From Dimorphilus gyrociliatus (taxonomy: Eukaryota; Animalia; Annelida), in contig CAJFCJ010000004.1 of assembly GCA_904063045.1 (NCBI GenBank), positions 184,195 to 248,194 on the forward strand: a stretch of 64,000 bases of DNA, given 5' to 3'. Below the pieces are notes generated by a model that had not been told where the DNA came from, did not search any database, and was given only the letters and a program-made list of their open reading frames with translations. The number at the start of each line of letters is the position of its first letter. Position 1 is the first letter of the stretch. Positions 1-12,819 of the stretch are shown here, piece by piece. The position numbers were made by a program, and so were the translations under genes.

Positions 1-232
1 AATCTTATCTCTTTTTGTCATTTAAATAACAGTTTCGCCACTGATGAAATAATTTGCATGATATTATTTATAAGTAATAAACATATTACGTTAGATGGCG
101 TTCAAGTTTGATTTTTTTCGCCATCTATAATATATTGATTAGCAGACGATGTGTATAATAGGCAATATCAAAAGTCCGATTGAGAAAATAAAAGTTTACA
201 AAATCTAATAAATAAATAAGTGCTTGTAAGCT

Positions 233-1776
233 ATGGATCATAGAAGCAAACGACGTGTCCTTATTACAGGGGTTGGAATGACGCAGTTTGAAAAACCAAA
301 AACGAAAGAGTGGAATTATTACGATATGGGACGAGAAGCTGGTAGATTATATTTATATGAAAAACTTTCTGTTTCTTTTACTTATCTCAGTCAATTCTAA
401 TATCTTTTATTTAAACTATACAAACAAATTTTGTAGCTCATCAAGCTTTACAGGACGCAGGGGTTCCTTACGATAAAGTAGAGGCTGCTGTTGTTAGTTA
501 TTGTTATGGCGAACCCACTTGCGGTACATTTTGACCTATTATCAATTTTAATGTTCAAAAATGTACTACTTACAAATTCTGATAGGTCAAAGAGCTCTCT
601 ACGAACTAGGTTTAACTGGAATTCCAATCTTCAACGTTAATAACAATTGCTCATCAGCCTCCAGCGCCCTGATGTTGGCTGGAGAACTAATAAAGGGCGG
701 GAAAGACTGCGTTTTAGCCGTTGGTAAAGTCATATTATTATACAAAAGCTACCATATTTTTTATACTATGTTTATTCATAAAAAACGAAGGCTTCGAGCA
801 AATGGAAGCTGGATTGTCATCAAGATATAAAGAAAAAGTTGCTCCTACAAAGATACACTTTGACAAAATGTACGATTTGGGAGCTGATTCGGATCTTTTA
901 CCTGGGTTGAACGAAATGACATCCGAAGTTATTAAAATATTTGCCTATTCAGCAAGAGAATATATTAAAAAGTATAATTCCGTAACTAAGCGTGATCTGA
1001 GTGAAATATCGTTGAAAAATCGAAAACATGGATCACAAAATGATAGAGCTACAAAACGTTCCTCACCCATTCCATCTATAGATGATATCCTAAAAAGAAC
1101 GTTGTGTGAACCAATCACACTTCACATGGCAGCACCAACTGCCGATGGAGGTGCAGCCGCTCTTGTTTGCAGTGAAGAATTCGTTCGAAAGAATAATTTG
1201 CAAATGCAATCTGTTGAAATTGCAGGTAAACATAACAATAATAGCCTTTTGTATTTATTAAAATATGATATTTTTATAGCTCAACATATGTTGACCGACT
1301 TGCAGTCTACTTTTGACAAAACATTTATGGATTTGTGTGGGTATAAATTAGCAAAGGAAGCTGCTCAACGATGCTACAATGATTCTAACATAAGTCCTAG
1401 TGACGTTGATGTGGTTGAGTTGCATGATTGCTTCTCATGTAATGAGCTCTTCATGTACGAGGCTCTTGGCTTTGCTAAAGAAGGTCATGGAATGGACTTA
1501 TTCAGAATGGGCTCTTGGATAAAGAACAAAAGTGGAGGCGAAATTTACAAAATGAACAATATTGTTGTCAATCCATCCGGTGGCTTAGAATCAAAAGGGC
1601 ATCCTATTGGTGCAACTGGATTGGGTCAATGCGCCGAACTATGTTGGCAATTGAGAGGTGATGCTGGAAAAAGACAAGTAGATGGAGCACGAGTTGGTTT
1701 GCAACACAACTATGGAATTGGCAGTGCTTGTGTTGTTACTTTATACAAACAGTATGGTTTAAACAGCAATCTGTGA
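233..1776 (+). CDS. SCP2: SCP2-type (SCPx-like) peroxisomal thiolase, stand-alone, without a C-terminal SCP2 domain; spliced
   Basis: ATG 233 gives [22 protein letters not shown]. Motifs present: NNNCSSAS (catalytic Cys), [17 protein letters not shown] and GLQHNYG. GT-AG introns lie near 342-438, 525-586, 724-790 and 1226-1279. The protein ends in -SNL*. Confidence 0.9.
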
Positions 1777-1979
1777 TTTGCAACTGCAACCTTCAAATCT
1801 TTAAACTACAACAAAATTGATTAACTCGTTTTAATTTGATAAGATTAAGATATATTTTTTAAACTTCAGAGTAATATAAAACACTTCTGTGTTATTCAAC
1901 TAAAACGTGTGTAATTCAATATATATACATTTATATAAGTAATAGTTTCTAAAAACATTCGACCTATAGTCTTAATCGC

Positions 1980-3402
1980 CTAGTTTAAATGGTTTTGTCT
2001 TTTAAATTCTTTCATATAAGTTGCCAAAGCTTGAGTCTCTTCTATAGTTATAGCATTGTAAACGGATGCTCTAATTCCTCCTACTGAACGATGACCTTTT
2101 AGAGATTGCATTCCTTTCTTAGCAGCTCCCTCTATAAATAATTTTTCCAAAGTTGCATTTCCATCTTTCGATCCAATACGGAAGCAGATATTCATTCGAC
2201 TTCTAGCAGTTGGTTCAACTGGGACACTAGAAAAAAAACCATGGATAGACACTATCATATAATACACATTAATTTTAAACTTACCAATAAAAGCCGTTGC
2301 TTTGATCAATAACTTCATAAATGATAGAGGATTTTTCATTTGAGAGATCTTTCATTGCGTGAGCCCCCCCTTGTTGTACCAACCACTTGAAGACCAATCC
2401 CATCATATAAATACTGAACGTTGGTGGGGTATTATATAAACTACTGTTTCCTGCTTGAACACGATAGTCAAAAATTGTTGGACAAATGGGTTGAGCATGA
2501 CCCAAAAGGTCTTCCCTGACAATAACAACTGTAACACCAGCGCAGCCAATATTTTTCTGGGCGCCACCATAAATTAGGCCGAATTTAGTAACATCTATAG
2601 GCCTTGATAAAATATTAGAAGACATGTCAACAACCAGGGGAACCTCATTTGTGTCTGGTATAAAATGGAACTCAACACCGTGAACTGTTTCATTGTCGCA
2701 ATAATATACATATGAAGCTTCTGGATCAAGCTTCCACTCTGAGACGTCTGGGATTGAAGTATAGTCTTTCATATTTGGTAGTACATAGTTAACTTGACCA
2801 TATTTTTCTGCTTCTTTTGCTGCCTTAGCTGACCAACTTCCAGTTACTATATAGTCTGCTTTACAGCCAGGTTTAAAATTCATAAGATTTAAAGGCACAG
2901 CTGCAAATTGACCATTTCCGCCTCCTTGTAAAAATAATACTTTATAATTGTCCGGAATATTCCTATAAATGAAAAGAGAATATTCATGAGAATATTAAAT
3001 CAACAGCGCCATCTAGATATTTTAAATTGCCAGCTATGGAAAGTAAATCTTTTTCTTTTAAAAATATTAAAAATCTTACATTAAGTCGCGAAGATTGTTC
3101 TCTGCCGTGTTGATTATATCGAGAAAATCTGAACCTCTATGGCTCATTTCTGTATGAGAAATATTAAAATTAAAAACCCCTAAAAAGAAATGCCAGTAAA
3201 TGATATTTCTTACCGAGGACGCTAATTCCACTTTCACCAAAGCTTACAAATTCATCCTGTGCTTGTTTCATAACCTATTTTTGTTAACACGAATGCAATA
3301 TTATAACAAAATCTATAACAACTTGCAAATCTTATATATAATTACCTGTTCGGGTAATTTAGCCGGACCAGGAGCAAAATTTATCACTTTTCTTGAAGCC
3401 AT
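1980..3402 (-). CDS. PSAT1: Phosphoserine aminotransferase; spliced
   Basis: Exon 1 reads [19 protein letters not shown]. Also present: [13 protein letters not shown], the PLP-lysine motif [13 protein letters not shown] and [14 protein letters not shown]. Confidence 0.96.
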
Positions 3403-4515
3403 ATTGAGGTGTATATTAGTAATAGACAACAAACTTTGCAACAGCAGCAATTAGTACTATTTAGCATTCGAATACTTCAGTGGCAGAAGCGAGCGAGAAT
3501 AATTGTACAGTTGTAGAGCCTTTTATAGAGTAGAGTCACGTGCTTACAATGGAGAATTCCCAGAGAATTCCACTAGTTTTTATTGAAAAGCAGTGACATA
3601 GATATTGGCAAAGTTTGGGTTTTTTTTCAATGTTAGCGGTATATATAATCAACACGCACCTTTTTCTGCTTGTTTCAACATTAAAAATTTGTTTAATGAA
3701 TATTTTGGATGGAATATTATAGGATAAATTGCACAGAGTTCCGCATAAATTATCATATTATGCATATTAATGAGGGTGAAGGTTAAAAGTGCATGTGCGA
3801 ACCTCGTGTCTGTGGATTTTTCTATTCACTTTGAATAAAGTATTCGTAACCTGGTTGTACAAAAATTAAACATTTTCTTCATGCTTACGTCACTAAGTAA
3901 TAATAATATTTATATTATGCAAAACCAGAAGACAGATATACGTTCGGTCAGTAACCCTTGTCTGCTCTCCTTTGGTACTACCTCTATAATTCTAGTTTCG
4001 AGACAGAAAAAACGTCACATCGCACTTTGATACGTGAAGAAACAAGAGGTCAATAGTACGCGCCCTTGACCGAATTCAAGAGTATACGGCATTTTATTCA
4101 ATTGCAAAACAATCAACTGAAAAACAAAAATACACCTTGTATTTTTCCTTCATCTAAATTTTTATTCTAGTGCCCTATATCTTTGTATGTAAATTATAGA
4201 AAATTATGGATATTCATATACTTAAGTCTGATTATATTAGTCATATAATTAACATTGGAAAAAAGTCTTCTCTTAATGATCATATCTTAAGAAAAGATAA
4301 CGAACAATTATACACGATCATGTCTAGTAAGCTCAATTGAAAAAAGATACTAATATATTTTTAGTTGGTATTACAGAATGAAATTTCTATTATTATAAAA
4401 AAATCAGCAATTTTTCAAAGTAAAAGTAATTTGAAAACTGGTAAAATCACAGCATAATGTTTTGCTTTGTTGCAATTTATTGTGAAAATTTAGTCTATCG
4501 TGAGAATTTAACAAA

Positions 4516-6570
4516 ATGAAATGCCATTACGAGGTACTAAATGTGGAGCGAACAGCTGACGAAAAAGATATAACAAAATCTTATAGGAAATTAGCCCTTA
4601 AATATCATCCAGGTACATAAATCACAAATTATTTATTATCGTCCATCGTCTGTATATACCACGTTTTTATTGACAGACAAAAATCCTGACTGTATAGAAG
4701 AGTGCACAAAACAATTCCATCTGATTCAGCAAGCTTATGAAGTATTAACAGATCCTCAGGAAAAAGCATTTTATGACAAACATAGAGAAGAGATCTTGAA
4801 AGGAGGTAAAGTTTCTTATATTGATATTTTTTTTCAAATTTTCAAATGTTCATTTATTTTTATTCAATACTTTAAGGGCTTGGTAAGGGTGGTGATTATA
4901 AAGATGACTGTCTGAACGTATACGAATATTTTAATAGTGCTTGTTATTCGGGATTCGATGATAGTGATAACGGATTCTATACAATATATAGGAAAATATT
5001 TGAAAAAATTGCAGCGGAAGATATTGAATATCTTGACGATCCTGATGACCTTTTATTACTTTATCCTTGTTTTGGCAATTCTGAATCAACTAGCGAAGAT
5101 GTCAAAATTTTTTACGGTCGCTGGGAAGCATACTCAACTAGAAAGTCGTTTGTATGGGTAGATGAATATGATATTCGAGAAGCACCGAACAGATATGTCA
5201 GACGCCAAATAGAGAGAGAAAATAAAAAGCACCGAGACAAAGCTAAAAAAGAAAGGAATGAAGAAGTTCAAGCATTAGTTGCTTATGTGAAAAAGAGAGA
5301 CAAAAGAATGATAGCCTATAGGAAAAAATTAGAGGAAAGAAAAGTAGAAATTGCAAGGCAAACACAAGAGAAAATGTTAAAAGATCGTCAAGAAAGGCAA
5401 AAACGAATGGAAGATTTCAAAGAAGCTGATTGGTCTTCTATGTCTACTTTAGAGAAAGAATTAGAGATGCTGGAAAAGAACGTTAGCGCTCAATTTCATG
5501 ACGAAGATGAATCATCAAGTGACATATCTAACGAAGAAAACATTGATGAACTATTAGATGCTCTTTACTGTCCTGCTTGTGATAGAATGTTTAAAACTCC
5601 AAAAGCGTAAGAAAAAATAATGATATTGTAATAAAAAAAAATCAATAGTTTCTTATTTAACAGAAAACAAAATCACGAAAATTCCAAAAAGCATAAGGAA
5701 AACGTTGCACTCTTAAAAGAAGAACTAGTTGAAGAAGATAAACATCTTCAGGACGATATTCTATTAGATGAAGAGTTAGAAGGAGAAGAAATAGAAGAAG
5801 AAGAAGAAGAGGAAGAAGAAATAGTTGAAAAAAAGTATGCCTTTTAATAGAAATAATAATGAAATTAAAGTTACTCTTCTTTTCCAGGCCGAAAAAAAAT
5901 AAAAAACAGAAAAAGAAACAGAAAAAGTTTCAAACGTACAATGGCCTATTAGAGGAGGATGATGAATTAGACGTCGTTGACAATAATTCATCAAATGATG
6001 GAGTTAATTTTACAGAAGCAAATGAAAACGAAAATAACGATAAAAAAGAACAAGCAAACGATGGTTGTCGATTCGAGGATAATCACCTAAGTGAACCGAA
6101 TGATTCAAGGTTAGCATACTGAACAATGTTAACAACTATTTTACATTTAAATATAATTATTTTCACATCCATGCATTGTAATTAGCAATTATTTATTTAG
6201 TTCTAAGAAGAATAAAAAGCAGAGAAGAAAGAAGAAAGCGGCTGTTGTAGATATCTTGTGTAATAACTCGGAACCTGAAAACGTTCAAGAAATTCCTATA
6301 TTGAATTCTGTTTCCTCAGAAGAAAGCAAAAATGAAAATACTAAAAGTAAAAGTCAAAAAAAAAATAAAAGAAAAGAAAAGAAACAACAAGGTGATGAAG
6401 ATAGCATAACGACTAATCAAGCTCATTTTTGCAATACCTGCTCAAGGGAATTTTCATCAAAAAACAAACTTTTTTCACATTTAAAAGAAACAGGTCATGC
6501 ATTACGGTTAGAAGGCGAAGATAAAGCTGAACCTTCTAGAAAGAAATTGGGTAAAAAAGGCAAACGATAG
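4516..6570 (+). CDS. DNAJC21: DnaJ homolog subfamily C member 21 (Jjj1-like); spliced
   Basis: The J-domain [32 protein letters not shown]|DKNP has its HPD split by an intron. [17 protein letters not shown] follows, then two C2H2 fingers (CPACD...H..SKKH and CNTC...HLKETGH). Confidence 0.93.
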
Positions 6571-6840
6571 TCCTTTACAATTTTTTTCTTTATTAATATG
6601 GTTTCGTAAGAATAAAAAACAAATGTAAACAAATATAACAACAAGATCTTTGAACCAACCTTTGCATAAATATAGTTCTTGGCTTATTGTATAACTTTAA
6701 TATGCAAAACGGAAGTTTTTGAATAACGATTCAATTAACATTTTTATCTTCTTTTTGTTAAGACCGGATTTATGTCCGAAAAATATTCGAACTCTTTTAA
6801 TACTGTGCTGCGTGATAAAGCTGAATGTCCAAGTATTATT

Positions 6841-8131
6841 TTAATTCCTCTCTGAATAGACCATCTGTCTGAATCTTTGAGCACTACTAGGCCTATCTAA
6901 ATTTTTTTCTTCATTTTTAAGAATTCTGTTGTCTATATCAAAGGAAGTCGCAGAGGCTGGCTTTAAACAGGACGCTCCTTTTTTATAATTGACTGTTCTT
7001 ACAACAACATGCTCCTTTGGACATAGAGGCGGTCTTGGAGTCAGCCTTTCCAATGGTGCAGGCTTTTTTGTACTTGACGGACGACTCAAGTTGACATCAA
7101 TTTTGCTTATAGATGCTGCTGAAGATGCCCTGCTATTCAATAAATCTTTTTCCAATTTAGTTCTTTCCTCTCGAAGTTCGGCTATTGATGGTTCTCTAAA
7201 ATTGTCAGTCTTAGACTGAAAAGAATATTCGTCATCTATGCAGTTTTGTAGAAAGGAAACATCATTGATTAATTGTTGAATTTCATCGGTTAATCTTTGT
7301 CTGGAGTTGATATCGTATGAATAACCAATATAGTATTCCGAAATTTATCATGCTTACCTTAAGCTTTCAACGACGACATCGAATTGCAAATAATTTAATT
7401 TATCATTCATGCTATCAAAGTCATCGCTAACACTTGACGCTAATGACATCCTATCTCTATCGCTAGACGTAAGCGGTAGAAGAGGTGTTTCCTTCCCTCC
7501 GCTTTGTGCAGTTTGTGGGCGTGTTCGATCTGATATTGATATTAAATATAGTCATGTAGTTTAAATCACACTAAATTAGATTTAGTATTTTTCACCTCGA
7601 GCTGTGATAACATAGTCTATTACAGGTGAATTAGTATTTATGGCTTTGTTGGGGTCAACTCCATCTCTTTCAGCTCGATCTTTTAAAGCTTTAATAAAAA
7701 ATTCTATCTCGTTTTTCAAGCGATCCCTGACGGCTGGTGGTTCTGGAAGTGATGTTTCCCCATTACCATTAAATCCTACCCGAACCTCTCTCCAAATATC
7801 TAACAAAATTTCCACCTGTGTGAAATTTATCATTGTTGTAAAATCTGTGCTAAAACATTTTTTTAAAGAATGCAACATATTTTAGTCTAAATTACTAAAA
7901 AATATGTTCAAAATTTAATTAATTTGCTATTTATACCTCTCGTTGCAAATCTAAACTTTCCTCGACCTTGGAAAATCCAAGCATTCGCTTAATTTCTTCT
8001 CTTTCAAATTCAGGTACTCGCTCTTCAATCAGTTTCCAAACGCTCTGAGGTGGTTGATAACCAACCGGATTTGAAAATTCAGGAGAACTCATACCACTAT
8101 CTAAATTCAATTTAAGTTCTGAATTAGCCAT
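6841..8131 (-). CDS. CCDC24: Coiled-coil domain-containing protein 24-like; spliced
   Basis: SVWKLIEERVPEFEREEIKRMLG..VEESLDLQREV|..LLDIW matches, from memory, the CCDC24 N-terminal block (SLWELVEEHVP..ERREVKRILG). The C-terminus is low-complexity and rich in RPSS. Confidence 0.75.
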
Positions 8132-8252
8132 TCTTTAGCAGTTTCACTTAAAAATTAAACTATCAGCAATATATTCTTTAAGAAATGAAAGTTCTTAAAT
8201 GCCTTTGACATTTGATTTCATCACTTTTTTACTTAAGAGGTCTTGTTTATTT

Positions 8253-8270
8253 GTTTCTAGGTCGCCATTT
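8253..8270 (-). promoter_or_regulatory. YY1-like core plus RFX/X-box half-site, upstream of CCDC24
   Basis: Minus strand reads AAATGGCGACCTAGAAAC, 17/18 identical to 59658-59675. Confidence 0.55.
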
Positions 8271-8423
8271 TTTTGTCTGCTAAAATCTTTCGCATATTAG
8301 TACACGCAAATAGATAATTAATACCTTTTTCTTAATTATTTTGAAACAATAGCTCTATTCTTTTATTTAAAAATAAAAAATATTAACATTAATTCAGCCC
8401 CATCTATCGTATTTAGACACCTT

Positions 8424-8435
8424 TGCGCATGCGCA
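8424..8435. promoter_or_regulatory. NRF1-type palindrome in the CCDC24/HDAC1 divergent promoter
   Basis: Perfect palindrome TGCGCATGCGCA. Confidence 0.65.
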
Positions 8436-8481
8436 TACAGGAAAGCGTTTTGCCGGTGCTAAGGATTAAAATTAATGAAAA

Positions 8482-10949
8482 ATGACGCAACCTCACAGCA
8501 AAAAGAAGATATGCTACTACTATGATGGTAAGAAAATTAGGAATAAGCAGAAGTCAAAATATTATACGATTAGTTTGATTTATACCCAAGAGCGATAATA
8601 CCTAGAAAATAAATTTCTGTTATTAAATTCATTGCATTTAAAAATTGTTTAAATTGTAATATTTTCACCTAAAAGAATTTCTTTATAAATTATGTTAAAT
8701 ATCAGTGAATAAAGATATCGTTCAGGAGTTTTATTAAATATAAAGTTTTCAAAAAACTATAACTGCGTAGACAGTGGAATTCCTAGTCAGGATACCGGCG
8801 AAATAAAAATCTATAACTGCGCAACTCTTTGAATTTTTAACCAAGGAGCAAATTTTTAACAATGAGTTTTAAATGCTTCAGGGGATATTGGAAATTACTA
8901 TTATGGTCAAGGACATCCAATGAAACCACATAGGATTCGAATGACCCATAACTTATTACTTAATTATGGTTTATATCGAAAAATGGAAATCTACGTAAGT
9001 AATATTTTGCAATAATTTAAAAGACGGTGTACAATGATCCAGTTTAATGATTTTATTAACATTTACAGCGTCCTCATAAGGCCATTGCTGAGGAGATGAC
9101 AAAGTTCCATAGTGATGAGTACATCAAATTTCTGAGAAATATTAAACCGGATAATATGTCCGAATACAATAAGCAGATGCAGAAATGTACGATTTACTTA
9201 CAAAAACATTACATATATATATAATTGATATTTCTTTAACAATAGTTAACGTCGGTGAAGATTGCCCAGTTTTTGATGGAATGTATGAATTCTGCCAACT
9301 TTCTGCCGGAGGATCTGTTGGTTTGTAATTCTCTACTTAAAGGAGATTATAGAATTGGCGTTTTAAATAAATTTAATTCTTTTTTAAACAAACAAAAACC
9401 TTCGCGTGATTTTATGCTTTTAATTTATGACCCTGTGTTATAGATGGCGCTTTAACATTTTTGGAGTCTTTTTATAAAAAATTTGCTTCCGTTTGTTTCT
9501 AGCCGGAGCGGTAAAGTTAAACAAACAAGCAACTGACATCGCAATTAACTGGGGTGGAGGTTTGCATCACGCCAAAAAATCCGAAGCATCTGGTTTTTGT
9601 TATGTTAATGATATCGTCCTGGCAATTTTGGAATTGCTAAAGTATGCTTAAATCTCCTGTAGGGCTTTACAGTTTAATTTAATTAACGTTATCATTTTCT
9701 TCCCAAAATTTTAGATATCATCCTAGAGTTCTGTACATTGACATTGACATTCATCACGGTGATGGAGTTGAAGAAGCCTTCTATACTACTGATAGAGTAA
9801 TGACTGTCTCCTTTCATAAGTACGGAGAATATTTTCCAGGAACTGGAGATTTGAGAGATATTGGAGCGGGCCGAGGAAAATACTATGCCGTAAACTTTCC
9901 ACTGCGAGATGGTATCGATGATGACAATTACGAAATGATTTTTCAACCTGTTATCAATAAAGTAATGGAAATGTATCAGCCAACTGCTATTGTGTTGCAG
10001 TGCGGTGCAGATTCTTTATCTGGAGACAGATTGGGGTGCTTCAATCTAACGCTAAAAGGTAAGCATTTAACTATTAAATAGAGACATATTGCTTAACATT
10101 AAAATACTTTAACAGGACATGGAAAATGCGTTGAGTTTATGAAGAAGTTCAATCTTCCACTTCTAATGCTGGGTGGTGGAGGATACACTATTAGAAATGT
10201 AGCAAGATGTTGGACACAAGAGACAGCCATAGCTCTTGATATAGATATTGCTAATGAGTTACCGTACAATGACTATTTTGAATATTACGGACCAGATTTC
10301 AAGCTAAATATTAGCCCAAGTAATATGGCTAATCAGAATACGCCTGAATATTTGGATAAGATTAAGACACGATTGTTTGAAAATTTACGCATGCTACCCC
10401 ATGCTCCGAGTATTCAAATGCAAGGTATTATTTGTTTTCTTTTATTTTAAATAAACTGTTAGGAAAACAATTGCATAACAATTTATTTTTTTTAGACGTT
10501 CCAGACGATGCTATTAATACAGAATCCCATAATGATCTAAATAATTCAGATCAAAGAATATCAAGTAAGTTATTTTTATCATACAAATCGTTCATTAATA
10601 ATCGTTCGTTCTTAAGTTCGGGCTAGTGACAAAAGAATTGAAAGAGATGAAGATCTTGAAGATTCAGAGGACGAAGGTGAAGGTAGAAAAGATCAGGAAA
10701 ATTTTAAATCTAAAAGACCTAGATTGGACGAAGATGTTAAAAAATTACCAAAGAGTCCAGTCGATGATAAGATGGTAGAAAATGACGTAGAAAGCAAGGA
10801 GGAAGAGTAAGTCCAATATTTTTACACTTGATAGCTTTTCACAAATCTATATCTCGATCTTTTCTAATAGAACCAAGAGCACTGATGCGGAGATGAAAGA
10901 CGCAACGAACATAACAAATAATAAAGAAGAGAACGATACTGCTGTCTAG
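8482..10949 (+). CDS. HDAC1: Class I histone deacetylase (HDAC1/2, Rpd3); spliced
   Basis: [82 protein letters not shown], and an acidic C-terminal tail. Confidence 0.97.
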
Positions 10950-11460
10950 TGTGTACATATTTTTCTCAGATGAAAATGTGTAACATTTTGTTCAAGATAA
11001 CTTTCATATCGTGTTCATGAAAAATATGTTTATCATTTATTTTTCATAAAAAACAATAAATTCATGTCCTGTATTAATGTCTCAAAAGCGCCGGGTGAAA
11101 CGACAATCAAGGATACTTTTTATAATAGCATATAAGATGGGATTTTAAGCAAAGATATATACGATACTTTCGTCATTTATCTACGTCGTATCTTATTTCT
11201 TAATAACTATATTATAATATTAAATATAGAGAAACTTTTTCCATCCTTAAAGAAAATTGTATAAAAAAAGTCTGGTGGTCATGGTAACCAAAGAAATCCT
11301 TTTAAAAAAAACTTTAAGGGTTAGTATCAGTAAATCTTTCCCTTCTTCTAAATTATAAATCATTACCCTTTGACCTCTAACATTGGTTATGGCGATTGCC
11401 GATTCAATAATAAAATCATATAGCCAAAAAAAAAGAAAAATAATACTAGAGAGTACTGAA

Positions 11461-12819
11461 TCAAGCTACTTCATCACCGTTGATAGTCGTTATGCCAGCC
11501 AAACTATCAGACGAACTGTGTAAAGAAGGAGTTTTACTTTTCACTACTTTCTCTTCAGGTTCATTCGAAAGTTCAATCATATTAGATAGTTTGTATTTTG
11601 CCAATATGGGCAGAGTACTAGGAGGCACAGGAATTTTCTGTCTAGAAGAACTATTTTCCGAACAAAGGGCTTTACTATCTTCTTTCCTAGAGCTATCTTC
11701 CTCAAATAACGGATTCAAATCATCATCAAAATGAAAACTCTGAGACATTAATGTCAACTTGGGTTTTTCTTCCGAAATTTCCTTCTCTTTTTCCACAATT
11801 TGAGAGTATCTCCGATCCCCCGTGGAATAAACTTTACCCAGCTCTTTCACACTGCTTCGAAATTTATCTAGTTCTCGTTTCTCATCAAAAACAATGCTTG
11901 TTTGTCTAGTTTTCATCTTGTTAGCAATATTCGCTTGAACGCTTTTAACTTCAACTATTGCATCTTTGGCACGAGAAAAATCCGCATTTTTTATTAAATT
12001 TTCATGATACTCCTTCAACGAAATAAGACATGTCTTGGCCAAATTAATTTCTTCCAATTCCGAATTGATCTTGTTCGATTTTTCGGTGTATAAACTGACA
12101 ACCATCTGTTTTAAAATGGTCGCTCTTTTTGTTAGAAAATGGACATGTTGCTCAAATACGGAATCAATTTTTATTAGAGCCTCATCTTTTTCATCAGAAA
12201 ATTTTTGTCTCTCGGCTTCAAGATCTCTTTGCTTTGATAAAATAGAATTCGTTGCCCGGTCAGTTGTCGTATCTAACGTTGTTTTTAATTCAGCTACAGC
12301 CCCTAAATATTTTATGAATTTACATATAAAATATATTACTATACACTTATGTTTAAAAGCAATTTTTGTATTACCTGCTATAGGAGCCCTCTTCTTTTCA
12401 TGTCTTTCTTTGCAGTATAGCATATCCTCTAGGCACTCGTCGCATACAGCCTGGGCGCAAGATGAACAATACTGTAGCAATTCTTTCTTATGTTCTTTGC
12501 AAAGAAAACTCTGGGGCGATTCTACAAAACTAGAACCGTAGACTAGTTGCTGTATATATTTAATGTAGAAATTTGGCTGTAGAGCTGTAATTCCTGCGCA
12601 TGGCAGGACAGTAAAACTTCTGCATGACGGACATTCAATCTCGTCGGTATTTGCATGTTTCGAATACTCCGTCAAACACATTTTGCAGAAAGTGTGATGA
12701 CAATTTAGAAAGAGAGGTCTATGCTCATGTTGATCAAATAGATTCCGGCATATTAAGCACATTAATATATGCTCATAGTTTTCTTCTCGCACCGGCGTTC
12801 TTCGACTTAGTGAGTTCAT
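11461..12819 (-). CDS. TRIM-like RING / B-box / coiled-coil protein with a Ser-rich tail
   Basis: RING CLIC...C.HTFC..C...CPSC, then B-box C.EH.....YC..C...VC..C.....H, then a coiled coil. One 72-nt GT-AG intron lies at 12303-12374. The first ATG is at 12819; an upstream exon is possible. Confidence 0.8.
   Translation of the reverse strand: MNSLSRRTPVREENYEHILMCLICRNLFDQHEHRPLFLNCHHTFCKMCLTEYSKHANTDEIECPSCRSFTVLPCAGITALQPNFYIKYIQQLVYGSSFVESPQSFLCKEHKKELLQYCSSCAQAVCDECLEDMLYCKERHEKKRAPIAGNTKIAFKHKCIVIYFICKFIKYLGAVAELKTTLDTTTDRATNSILSKQRDLEAERQKFSDEKDEALIKIDSVFEQHVHFLTKRATILKQMVVSLYTEKSNKINSELEEINLAKTCLISLKEYHENLIKNADFSRAKDAIVEVKSVQANIANKMKTRQTSIVFDEKRELDKFRSSVKELGKVYSTGDRRYSQIVEKEKEISEEKPKLTLMSQSFHFDDDLNPLFEEDSSRKEDSKALCSENSSSRQKIPVPPSTLPILAKYKLSNMIELSNEPEEKVVKSKTPSLHSSSDSLAGITTINGDEVA

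Noticed and set aside
3940-4090. GC-richer segment with an 8-bp inverted repeat (TTCGGTCA / TGACCGAA) and a TAACCCT word, considered as a possible ncRNA or telomerase RNA
   Set aside because: The stem is short, the template-like word is incomplete, and I found no snoRNA, snRNA or tRNA boxes. An Infernal/Rfam scan would be needed.
8266-8268. ATG GCG ACC TAG upstream of CCDC24 as a possible start codon or uORF
   Set aside because: It stops after three codons and is part of the shared 18-bp promoter element, so I treated it as regulatory.
8757-8822. 11-bp direct repeat CTATAACTGCG in HDAC1 intron 1
   Set aside because: Too short to call a target-site duplication or an element, and no terminal repeats were seen.
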